DNA from: Paragordius varius
Taxonomy: Eukaryota; Animalia; Nematomorpha
Assembly: GCA_964247055.1 (NCBI GenBank)
Contig: OZ176050.1
Location: 2,914,001 to 2,978,000, forward strand
Direction of reading: 5' to 3'
DNA: 64,000 bases
The stretch's first letter is position 1. The number at the start of each line of letters is the position of its first letter. The notes beneath the pieces were generated by a model, which did no database searches, had not been told where the DNA came from, and worked only from the letters and a program-made list of their open reading frames with translations. The position numbers and the translations under genes are program-made. Below are positions 1 to 12,069 of this stretch, one piece after another.

Positions 1-185
1 CATACATTTTAAAATAAACATATGTTAAAGTTTTTTTGTTTTTGGATATATTTTCATCAAAACAAATATTAATTATTAATTTTGCGTGATAATTTTATTA
101 TAAATTTATATCTTTATTCCAAAGTTATAAATTAAATAATTATATTTTTTTAATTTTTTACCTATAATTTTTTTAATACTTATTA

Positions 186-771
186 TCTATATATATTTTT
201 AAAAATGGAAAATGCTGGCCTTGTGATCTGTTTCCGGAAAACCGGTATACCCATTCAAATCCCAATGTCGAAAAATTATAATCATTAATTGCCCCGACAA
301 TAGCTTCGCCCGTTTTTTGAAATAGGCCCCCAGTTAGGGCCCATCCCGTGTGAAAAATGGGTTTTTTTCGAAAACTCCACAAACATCGTGTCTTGGGACA
401 ATTTTCTTGAGATGTTGGACCATTCAATTTCAGATATGATTTCTTTTCTTATATTCGATTGCGCCGAACATAGTCGGCTCGCTATTTAATTTAGGCCCTC
501 TTTTTACCCGCTCCCCCCGTAAAATGCCATTTTTTTTAAAAGAATTAGGTCCACAAAAATAATTTTTTAAATCTATTTTTCGCCCAAGTAAACAATATCT
601 TAGTATGAATGCCCCGTTTTGAAATTCCTATGAGATTATAGCTAAAATAATGTTTCGAAATAATCCACATATGTGGATAATTTTATTGTCCTTTTTTTCA
701 AACAGCCTCTCCCCCTCCCAGAAGTCCGAAGGATTTCCTCGGGCTGCCTAGCAGCACGAGATTTACGCTAG
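186..771 (+). mobile_element. Complete non-autonomous Helitron, short form (586 bp)
   Basis: Begins TC at 186 after A185 (A|TCTATATATATTTT). Ends in a hairpin CTCG-G-GCTGC-cta-GCAGC-A-CGAG, a 7-nt spacer and CTAG (768-771), followed by T772. These are canonical Helitron termini with an A/T target and no TSD. Confidence 0.9.
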
Positions 772-1066
772 TAACTTATAAAATAAAATCCTTTTAACTT
801 AATTACCTACCGATATTCCATTCTTCACATTTATCAATCTTATATTTTTAGTTATCATTCCTTATGTCGTGATCATAGATGCTGTAATTTATTCGCAACT
901 ATTAATTTTTTTATTAAAACCTCTATCATAAATAATCAAGTGGAAGCAAAGAAAAATTTAAGAGCAACAATCTAAAACACCGCAAAACTTTCTAAAATAT
1001 CTAAAAACGTGAAAATTTCAATAAACATAAGAGAATAAATAGGTAGTGATAAAAATTATGATTATT

Positions 1067-1162
1067 CTAATAGAATACTTTACTAGCTGTGCGGCAAGAT
1101 TTTAACCAACCAAGAGTACTTGCGATGGCGACAACAGCTGCTCCAATGGTTACAGGGTCCAT
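1067..1162 (-). CDS. Candidate small ORF, 31 aa, single hydrophobic helix (MDPVTIGAAVVAIASTLGWLKSCRTASKVFY)
   Basis: GC-richer island in AT-rich DNA. ATG at 1162, TAG at 1069-1067. Could instead be the first exon of a spliced gene (GT sites at 1083 and 1078). No homology recognised. Confidence 0.35.
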   Translation of the reverse strand: MDPVTIGAAVVAIASTLGWLKSCRTASKVFY

Positions 1163-1345
1163 TTTAGAATAGATTAGTAGATGAATTTGATGTATTAACA
1201 TATTTTCCGATTATTTTCATTAAATACACATTTAGGCCAGGATAGTTAAGAATTTAATTAAATTTTAGTTAATTCAATAAAGAACGATGAGTATATTGAG
1301 GTGTTCTAAAAAACTTTTTAACCACATTGTATAATAATATTGTAT

Positions 1346-3076
1346 ATGGGTCAAACGTGTTCATGCTGTAAGAAACTCAAATTTTGGAAAAAGTCTGACA
1401 CTATAGATCCAGAAACTAGAGGTAAAGATATAATACCAAAAGCTCCACCCTTACCCACAAAAGTTAAAATACGAGATTCCGAATCCATTTTAAATCCAAA
1501 CTATAAACCTGGTGAAAGTTTATCTTCAGATACGTCTTATACAGGAGCGGATCCTTGTTCTGAGGAGAGTAGTCATGAAATAATGGCAGCAGACTCAGAA
1601 GCCGCTCTTAAAAAACTAAATGAGCGTAAAAAACCACAAACGAATTTATATCCCTCCATATATCCGCAATCCCTTACTCCATATCCATACTTTTACAATA
1701 GCAAGGTAGGAAGTAAACAACAACCAATACCTATTAAACGTCAGATTCCGTTTGAGCACAAAGTCCAGGAAATCCAATCGGATCCCACTTTTTCTTATGA
1801 ATGGGCAAAAGTTAAAGATGGGAATGCCTTAACGCATGTGTTAAGCATAAAAAAACACGAAACCGATGCTCATCAGTTAAAGGCATCGACTGACACATTG
1901 CCTGAGCCACAATTTTCTCAAATAAAACCTCAAGAAACACCAAAAATTAAATCCGACATTAAGGATATGATAAGCAATGTTATCAAACCAAACGGTAAGT
2001 TACAAATATTTCATGTAGTTTAAAAGATTGTGTAAATACAGATGTCCATAATTATTTCGGCTGAATATGAATCGGGCTTATAATTTAGGGTGTACCAAAG
2101 CGTTTTTGTTCACGGCGGTTTCGGTTTCAAAATTATACGTATACCATTTACATCTCAAATTCACCCTTGAAAAAGTCCAATTTACCCTTGAACAATTTAA
2201 ACGAACAATTCAAATTTACCCTTACTTCAACATTTCAAATTTACCCTAATAAATTGTTATACTAGCTAATTTAACACATCATTAACATGGAATATATCTA
2301 TATGTCATATTTTATTCTTTTTCTGTATTATCTAATTAAAACGAATATTTTTATTTAAAAATTTTAATAACTATAAATAATTATTAATATTCAAACAGAT
2401 AGTTTATTTTAGGGTGTTTTTATAATGTTTAAAGGTGGTTTGAATTGTTGGGGGTTATTTTAATAACCAAGGGTTAATTTTAGGTATAAATGGTATACTA
2501 AAGAAAGCAGTTTATAGAATTTAAAATATTGGTAAAAAGTTAAACAGTACAACACGGTTGATTAAAATTCTGGGCAAAATATTTATTTTAAGAAAATGTT
2601 TAATTATAATTATATTAAAAAAACTTCTCAACATGAAAATAAGCAATAAGTTAATTAAAATATTTTTTGGCAATACGATTTCAAAAAAATTAATAAATTA
2701 CTATAAAACTCTTTAACATAGAACAAAACTCCGATTCATATAATGGTGGTTTTAAAATTCATTCAATTTACATTATATAGAGCTGCTATCTATACAAAAT
2801 AAATTGTGGGAATCATATATATTTATCAATATTTTACATAAATTAGTTGTCAATACAATGGGGTCAAAAGTTGAAACTACCAATGCAATCCAAAAACCAA
2901 CAATAACAAAAACTGTGGAAACAAAAAAGGATGAAACAGCTCCCAAAATTGCCCCTACCCAATTTAGTACGGCTCAGAGGCCAAAACCTAAGAAAAAACA
3001 TGCGTCACACAAAGTTTTAATCAATGACGCTGAAACAAAAGACAAAAATGATATGATAAACGCCTTATTACAATAA
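1346..3076 (+). CDS. Orphan two-exon gene, about 292 aa, Pro/Lys/Ser-rich, N-terminus MGQTCSCCKK
   Basis: Exon 1 is 1346-1994 and ends AAC G|GTAAGT (phase 1). Exon 2 is 2847-3076, follows TTAG, is phase-1 compatible and ends TAA. This joins track ORFs 1340..2023 and 2804..3076. Confidence 0.65.
2140..2497. repeat. Degenerate inverted-repeat element with short CAAATTTACCCTT subrepeats, inside the intron of the orphan gene
   Basis: GTATACCATTTACATCTCAAATTCACCCTTG (about 2140) is mirrored by CAAGGGTTAATTTTAGGTATAAATGGTATAC (about 2467-2497). Confidence 0.45.
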
Positions 3077-3605
3077 ATAAATAATTACATTAATTTAATT
3101 TTTTATGACGTTTACTTGACTTTTGTCATCCATCTACAACAACGCCTATGTATACATTTTATTTATGTAGAAAATGTTGGCATTACATGACCCATAAATA
3201 AATTTTTTTAACATAATTTTTGTGCTGACGGTAACAAATATAAATTTAATTTATCTTAATCGAATTTAATCATATGTTGAAACTTGTTAACTACTGTTAA
3301 AACATTAGCCAACCAAAAAATAAAAAATAACCGTAAGCTGTTTTAAATTAATTTTTTATGTGGTTAAAAGCATATAACTTTTAAAAAAAAATAAAAGGTG
3401 GTGGTGGTTTAACTTTTTGTTTCAATATTATGTAACACAATAGTGTGAGATTACAAATAATTTGTATTCATATTTATACCTTATCGTTTAGTTGCGCACA
3501 TACACCTACTTATTTTTTGTTTATAATTTGTTTGGGGCAAATATACTTTTTGTAAAATATTTATCTGTTTTTATTTATAAAACATTACGCGATAATTGAA
3601 AAATA

Positions 3606-6600
3606 ATGGCAACCTTTGCGGCATTCTGTATATTTGCTGGCGCACTTCAAAATAGTCGTTTGGATTTTTATCAAAAGGTAAATTTTAATATTTTTAATAA
3701 TTAATTTTAGCCAGGTTCCGTTTCAATCAATGGTAGTATTGTTAATTTGGCACCGGGTCTTCACGGATTTCACGTGCATCAAAATGGAAATTTGAGCCAA
3801 AGTATAGTAGAAAAAAATTAAATATTTTTAGTTTTTGAATGATTATCGAGACTGACCGTTTACCAAAATATTCTTATAAGTTTAACACTATAGATTGATC
3901 TATAAATATAAAATAATATCTGTGTAATGTAGTATTTGAATTTTTCTTAATATTTATACATAAAGTTTAAAATTTTATGTTTATAATAATTGAATTTTTT
4001 CGGTATTAATTCGCTGGTAATAATGAATGACTTGCCCTCATAATTGGTAATACTTATTATATATATTTGACCAAAAAAACCAATTTCAATGTGGTCTAAT
4101 CAAATATTAAAACAAATTAATAATACTGAAATATAATTGTGAGCGGGACTCCCAATCAAAGATAAAGTTGCCGGTTAATGAATGCTATGCATATTTTAGG
4201 AAAAGTGATGATTCATTCTCCATAAATTACCTAATTAGGGATTAAAAAGAAAGGATACAATAATAAAATATGTACTATACGCCAATATGTGGCTCAACCT
4301 TTTGGTTACAGTTAAATTACTATTTTTTTTAAAAAAAGTAACGTTTTTTATCCTAGTGCATCCTATCCGGTCGCCATATCTATTCGTCAAATCTATAATA
4401 CATTAAATGTAAACTTTGAATAAAAATTTAGAATGTTTAGCGGCTGGCCCACATTTCAATCCAAGTAACATGACACATGGAAGCCCCGATTCTCCAAATA
4501 GGTACCTCCATTTTTTAATAAGTAACCGTATGCTAAAACTAATCGTGATTAATACTAACAAGTTATTTTTTAGTGATATTTATAATTTTCTATTTTTTTC
4601 ACAAAAAGGATTAATATTATAAATTAAGCAAATGACAAATATGCTAAAAAAAATTGCCGAATTTGTGGTAATAGTTTGGAATAAAATTTATTTATTTTAC
4701 TCTTAAAAAGACATGTTGGAGATCTTGGTAACATTGAAGCCGATTCAGAAGGCGTTGCACTGATTAACATTAATGACATGGATATAAGTTTGACGCCGGG
4801 TAGCCCGCATTATATAGTTGGAAGATCTATTGTGGTAATTATAATAACATATATTTTTTAATTATATTTTAGTTAATTTATTCTATATTAAACAAACTAA
4901 TCACCAATAAATAAGATGCAATAAGGAATGATAACTCGCTAATACGGGGATTAACTAAAGTTTTTAAGATGGATCATCCGTTCGAAAAACTAATAAACTA
5001 AAATAAGAAAATTTTAAGCTCTCTGTGTTTACTAAATGTAGTCATAAGTTTGAATCGGTTTTGTGGTAAGAAACCGGTTGGGATATAATTTTTTACATTA
5101 TTTAAAATATTACTTATCGACTTCTACACATTTCGCCCATCTCTAATGTTATAAAAATGCCATGCCAGAAAACCGATCGTCATTTGCCATACCATTTATC
5201 AAACCTTTTTCCAAAGTCCTCAAATCTAATAAAATGCTGCTTTGCGAGGGTGTATATCCATTGATGCGAAGTTTAATAATTCAGGTGTCACCAATCATGA
5301 AAGTTCAGCGGATGCGGGAAAATTTCCCATCTAAGCGATTATAAGGTGTCTTTCATTTGGTTTTCTAGAGACGAAGCATTGTCATATAGCGAAATCTTGC
5401 CATGTCTTCTGCCCGTTTCGGTCGCTTTTCTATTAATCCTTGGTTTGAATGAATCATTTGTTGCGATAGCAAGCGTTGTGTTTTAAACGGTTTCATCTGC
5501 CTTTTAAAGATTATCCACACAAAGTATTTGTCAAAAGTGATTTGGCATTGCTGTTGATAGCCGAATTGGCCAAGTGAGAGCCACGATTTCTTTCGGCTTT
5601 GGATTTCAAAACAAAGCCACTTCTATCACCCGCATCGATGCATAAATGATTTCCTTTTTTTACTTTGAAGGATACAAGTCACTTTGCGTTCGTGAAGTTC
5701 ATTCAGATTGTGTGAGAATCATATACCGTGTTTATTGGTCTTTCCCATTGCCCGAGAGTCTACTAATTTTTGGTGATACATGTATTCTAAAATACCGTTA
5801 TGTTTGAGATGGACATAATCCTATAACTCTTGCCCTTTCTCGTTTTGGAGTTGTGTGGTTTAAGCGACCACAATAAAATCACAACTTTAAAATTTTCAAA
5901 ACCATTCACATTTATAATCGATGGATTCACGATTCGATTCTCAGTAAACTATGAATTTCAACTGCCTTTTTTAGCTGATGAAATAAGAAATGAGTGCCGC
6001 AAATTTTTCAGGCACAAATTTTTGACATGACAACTGAAGATAAAAATAAGACGCTACTTTTTGGCGGAATCAACTATGCGTGTTAGCCGTTTAGATGAAC
6101 AAATTGGGGTTCATGTTAAATTAATCGTTTTAATGACTTGTGACCATTATAAAAGTTATATCATAATAATGACATGTATATTAGCTGTGTCCTTATATCC
6201 ATAAAAATAATGTTAATTTTTAATACATTTAGGTTCATGAAAAAATTGATGATCTTGGTTTAGGAGGCGATGCTGAAAGCTTAAAAACAGGGAATGCCGG
6301 AGGAAGAATCGATTGTTGCATTATTACAAAAAGGTTTTTGTCATTATTCAATTTTATTAAATTATACTTTTTATGGTATAAAAAACATTCAATTAGTTTT
6401 TGTCACCAAACTCAATGGTTTTTTGTTACCTAAAAATGTGAGAATGTATAATGAAGACATTTAAAATAATTTTGTTATTCACGGATATAATCTGCTTTAG
6501 TGCTATCGATAAAAATAATAATTCTTTGGGGTTGATTGTGTGTAAATTTTGAAAAGTTTGGAAAAACGTTGCATATATGCGAGATAATGATGGTACTATA

Positions 6601-6682
6601 TACAAATTGTGTTTTTTGGGGGTTAACCTTATTCTTATTTAACATTAGAAAGCCTCAAGTGATTTTTAGCAATCTCTTTTAA
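3606..6682 (+). CDS. SOD1: Cu/Zn superoxide dismutase, cytosolic SOD1 type
   Basis: Exons 3606-3677, 3711-3801, 4432-4501, 4711-4834 and 6233-6333, plus a tentative terminal exon 6649-6682. Motifs [38 protein letters not shown] and [11 protein letters not shown] retain all metal-ligand His/Asp residues, the catalytic Arg and the disulfide Cys. The last exon is uncertain; read-through of exon 5 is possible. Confidence 0.95.
5031..6152 (-). mobile_element. Decayed mariner element (Mos1/mauritiana-like) in SOD intron 4
   Basis: Minus-strand translation with stops and frameshifts gives [68 protein letters not shown] and VFWHGI, collinear with remembered Mos1 transposase. Degenerate TIR-like sequence at about 5031-5062 and 6123-6152; boundaries approximate. 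Confidence 0.85.
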
Positions 6683-7510
6683 ACTAATAAAAAATGTTTC
6701 ATTTACTAATGAATCAATTATAAAGTTGCGGGGTATTAAATATATAATACCTTGAATCATTTATTTTTGTCTTTAATTTAATATTTAAGGAACTAATATA
6801 CATAAATAAATTCTTTGGCAAATTATTTTTGTCATGGAGGTTATTAGAATATTTGACACGTCTCATAATTGGATAAAAATACATGCATATCTTTCAATAT
6901 CCTAAAAACTTTCATTTTGACCTTTCCATTATTCACCCTTCTTTTAAACTTTCCTTTAAAATTTGGCCCCCGAATCTATTCTCTAAAATTAATATTTACG
7001 TGAAATTTTAGCATATTCTCCTAGTTTAGTCAGCCATCTTAAACAACAAAATAGAATTTAAATGGACCGTTTTTTGATTTAGTGACTAATTTAGTGTAAT
7101 TGAATAATGATACTTAAAATATGAATTTACATATTCATTTTAGTCGTGAGAGATGCCACAAAACATTTTATTAAGAAAACGCACATTGCCTTCCACCATA
7201 TCGATAACCAATTTTTATCATACTTTATTTTTGGAGATTGGATTTTAAATATCTATATTCACTGTATTATTATATTTATTTTAATAATTTATTTATATGC
7301 ATAGCGCAAAATCACATTCGCATATGCTTACTTATAACTCTATACTGATTTTTGGGATGATGTTTTTGTCCATTTTCAAAGTGTTATCCATATAGATTAA
7401 TAAAATTACAAATATACCTATATATATATTAGCCAATGTTAATTAAATAATATGATGTATTGGTTGGTTATTAATAAATTCTTCTATTTATATAATTTAT
7501 GAAAAAAAAA

Positions 7511-9874
7511 TCATTTTTCCCCTGGGGCAGGACCAACGTAAATGTCATCTTCGAATGGAATTGCTTTCACAATTTTTTCCGTGTCTTTAAGTTCGCCCAG
7601 ATTGGTTGAACCAATATTGGATTCACTTCCCTTGGTAGTGCCCTTTTCATAAACATCGACCACGCTACCCCCTGCAAAAATTATTGGTTATAACTGATTC
7701 ATGAGCGAAATTTCGTGGGATTAAAAATAAAATAAATGAGATAAACTTTTAACAATGGTTGTTGGGACGTGTGATTTTCTTGTTTGAGTAACATCTTCGA
7801 AAGCCGTTGTCCCCATGCCCGCTAACACAAGTTTGATCGGTTTTCGCGTAATGAAAGCTATCATACCAGCTCGGAACGAGGAATTAGCCAAATATATAAA
7901 CACGTTAAGGACTGCAATCGAATGAGCTATTTGAATCGTAGTGGCATGTACGGCCAACGGTAATCGATTCGCGTAATCAAAGATGACAATAAAAGCGTAT
8001 TGGCCCCACAACGTAAAAACGAGTGCAAAATGGGCAAACAAAGTCCGGGCCAATTTTATTTCTTGTTTCCAGCGACGTTTACTCAAATTTTGAGCTGGGA
8101 GACCTCCAGGGTGACCAAGGCCTTGGCCTCCTTGATTACCGATTGAATTGTGAATTTTTCGTACATATAAATACAATTGAACATAGCAGTAAAATATGAT
8201 GGATACTGGAGTAAATACATACACGATTGCAAAGTACAGCGTATAACCTATAGAATATGTCCTGTCCCAGATACAGATTTGGGCCTTTAAATCAAACACA
8301 TTTCGACCCCAGCCGACCTATAAAAACAATGAAATTTAAAAAGTTTCAAAAAAAATGTTTTGCTATTGAGAGATAAATGCAATATGTTACATCTGGAGGC
8401 ATTTGCAGTAAAAAGGCTGCAATCCATATTAATATACAAAACGTGATGGTACATTTCCAAGTAGCGTTATTTAAAAACTTGGATTGGTAGCGGATGGACC
8501 AATACCTGTTAAACAATTATAAATTTAATTAATTTAATGCACTGGTAATGTAAACCGTAAGCAGGTCTTGCCAGAGATATTGATTTTCATTTTTTCGGTA
8601 CACTTTATTACTTACTAAGTGTTTCGATTGAAAACTATAATTGGCCTAACATATGGCACACTTTAATTGCCTTTAGACCGTGTATAATCACTTTAAATTC
8701 CTAATTAAATGGAAAAAATACCTTAAAAACTCATTTTTTATTATGATAAACTTTAATAAAAACTGTTTCCGATCAATATTTGATTCATCTAAGCATTTAT
8801 GTGATATGATCGCTTTTAGATTTGAAATATATTTGAATTATTATTGAAAAATTTCCTTTAGAATACTGATAAATTAGCACAATATGTTATTGTTGAACTT
8901 TTACTTAAGAGAACGTAAATAGGACGAAAATTGTTTAATTATACCATTGGTCATGTCAAACAATGTAAAATATTATCATCATTCGGTGAAGTCCAGGAAT
9001 CGATATAAACCTTAAAATGCATCTACAGACTCACAATTTTTTAGTATTTTGATCAAAAAAATGATATTAAATAATATTCAACAACAATTAAATTATTTTT
9101 TCTTTAGATTAGCCAGTGTATTAACTTTAATTAACTTAAAGATTAAAAATAATCGTATGAAACTTAAAGAATTATATTCAAACGAATTGGAAACGTTATG
9201 TAAAATGGGGTTCTAAAGCCTTTTATTTCATTCCAATTTTTTACTATCTATATATATATATATATATATATATACGTATGGAATTAATTCAAAGTTATAT
9301 TTAAATGATAGAGCAAGATACCTTGTAACCGCAATCGTAGTGTGAGTTAGGATTGAAGCTACGCATGATGTAACACAAACATTTGCGATTGCATTACAAA
9401 GCCTATGGTTTTGCAAAAATACTTGATGACCAATCGTCAAACCTATATGCATGAAATATCAAATAATATATTTAAATGCATACAAAAAAGGGTCGCAAAA
9501 TTAGAATATCTAAAAGAAATATTACATCTAACATATTTTTGGCCATAAAATACCTGTAATCGATGTTGAAGTTATGATAGTAACTTCAATCAAATCGGCT
9601 AAACAAAGGTTGACTATGAAAATGTTTAATGGTTTCCACAACAATTTGTTGGTGTAGATAGCACCTATAATCTAAATTTTTTTGTTGTAAAATTAAAATT
9701 TACTGCAATATTTCCCACTGGTCCAATCAACAAATAGAATGCTAGAAGAGTTAAAAGTGCAATAGTTAAGTTGCGATGTTGTACAAACGGATTATAATAT
9801 TTAAAATATTCAATCATAAAGGTCTGATTATAAACGAAATTTCTTCGAAACTGTTCATAATGAAAATGTTGCAT
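7511..9874 (-). CDS. Class A (rhodopsin-family) GPCR, melatonin-receptor-like, about 418 aa
   Basis: Exons 9874-9704, 9671-9554, 9442-9322, 8505-8391, 8317-7747 and 7671-7511, all phase-compatible. Features: N-glycan sequons NQT and NLT, TM1 GN, TM2 NLCLAD, Cys3.25, TRY (for DRY), W4.50, ECL2 Cys, TM5 P..IIFYCY and TM7 NVFIY. Confidence 0.9.
9249..9274. repeat. (TA)n microsatellite in a GPCR intron
   Basis: Uninterrupted TA run seen directly. Confidence 0.9.
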
Positions 9875-12069
9875 AGTAATGAACTATCCGTGTTCCTTTT
9901 TAGGGGGGATTTTATCAAACAAATTATTTTAGATATATATCACAATATAATATTTTGATAAATAAATTTGTAAAATTTTTTAATGATAGGTTTCATAGTC
10001 AAAAAATCCAATCTATCATGATTAATAAAGATGATTTGTATGTCAAAAAAAGGATATGGAGGCATCTTTACCTTGATCTTAAATCTATTATTTAAGATTA
10101 TCGTAACGAGAATGAAAACGGTAAAAATAGAATACAAAATGGCATAATCCAATTCACCTTAAACCTAAACTCTTCTTTTGTTCAACATACCCTTATTAAA
10201 AAAAATATATTATTTAATTATTTTAATTTCAATTCTATGGATATAAATTGTTTCACGATAAAATAATTGGTTGGATACAATACCCTTCCTTTTATTAAAT
10301 TATTCTTTGAGCTATTTTTTTGCGAAAAAAATGAATTTTTATATAGTTTTTGTACAAAAAAGATCATGTATTAGGTTCAGGATATATACGGATAATCAAT
10401 ATTTATAAATAAGTATATCATACACTGAAATAGCATAAAATCTATCCATTTTCGTGACACAATTTTTAATTATTACATATTATCATTTTTTTTATTGCAA
10501 TAACCAATTTCCGTTTTATCAATTTAGGTAAGTTAGTCTTGAAAACAGCTCAGTCATACACATAATTTTTTACTTTATTTATTGGGTATTAAATAGAATT
10601 TTTAAAATATCCAATATAATTGTATTATAATGCGTTATGATCTACCATTTCAGCACTATTATGATCGTAACAGATTTGTCATCTCAATTTTTAATATTTA
10701 TTGTTGTTTAGTTTTTTAATATTAAAAATCTCAATTATTTTTAATTTCATGTCAAAGATATCGGGTGTAATATGTGGCGAATTATAATTTAAGATGTTTT
10801 ACCTAAATATGGTAAAATATAAAACTTTTTATTTTTCACTAATATTGCCCTATTTTTACTTTTTGCATAAGTTATCTAATCCTCAACGCGTATAAATAAT
10901 ATATTTATGATATTGGAACTAAAATGCTTTTTAAGCCATTGAGGCGCATTATAAAATTATTTTTCCATTAAATTATTATCTTAAACTAAAATATATTTTT
11001 CTAGTATTTTTGGTAATTAAAATAATTGATACATAAAAATATATGGTTAATAATTAGCTTTAAATTCCTTATGATTTTTGACAAATTTTGATCATTTTTG
11101 ATTTTGAAATCTGCCGTTTATTTTAATTGGTTAAAGTTTTATCTAAATTTAAGACTCTAAATCTAGAAACAAAATATTTTTTAACTTTTTTGCAATATTT
11201 ATGGTTTTAAGTAGGGGGAGGGGGAGGGGATATATTAACCTAGTGGTGGGAGCAAATACTACTAATATTTTTGATTAAAATTTTCTGTTGCATAAAATGT
11301 TTTTGTATATAATTAATTATCTACATAAATTTTGTTATTTCACAAAAAATAGCTTAATGTCGTAAAATCATTCTAATTAAATAAATGCAATTGGAAACGA
11401 TATAAATAACCTATATGGATGTTTGGGTATAAAGGTTATGACCTCAACATCATACTCTATTAAATATATATCGTTTTATGCACACCAAAATAGTATTTAA
11501 TAATTGTAAATAATTTATAAACAACCAACCATCATTTTATGTCACAAAAAATTGTTTCTAATTTATTTAGCAAATGCAAGATATTTTTGGCAAATAGGTG
11601 TCATACATATTTTTGAAGTTTGAAAAGTAACCGGAAAAGTTTTTCAAAAAATTCCAACATCTTTTCTTAAAATCTTTTACCTAATTCAATTAACACAAAA
11701 CAAAAAATATTTTTATAGCGTAAAATGATAACTAAATACACACTGTTTAAGTTAAAAAATTTAAAAATTATTTCAAGGTCGCAAATGATAATAATTTAAA
11801 AGAAAAAAATAGAATTTGCTTAAGAATTAAAATTATCCATACAAATCATTATTTTAAATTAGAATTATTAATGATAAACCGCATATGAACCTATTTATTA
11901 TCCATTAAGAAATTAGTTTACATTTTGGATAGATTACATATTGAAAATGATTACGAACTACCATTTTAAAACAATATTATTATTACTCAATTGGCCTATA
12001 TCTATTAAAACTTTTTTATTTTAATTTTCATGTTGTTTTATATCACTGTGCCCAAAATCGGGGCGTATA

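Noticed and set aside
7511-9874. Opsin assignment for the GPCR
   Set aside because: The position equivalent to retinal-binding Lys296 (7.43) is His.
9940-10152. ORF resembling a cytochrome P450 N-terminal anchor (hydrophobic stretch then KMPPYP)
   Set aside because: It starts at TTG, ends after 70 codons, has no downstream P450 exons and lies directly upstream of the GPCR start. Probably a chance AT-rich frame.
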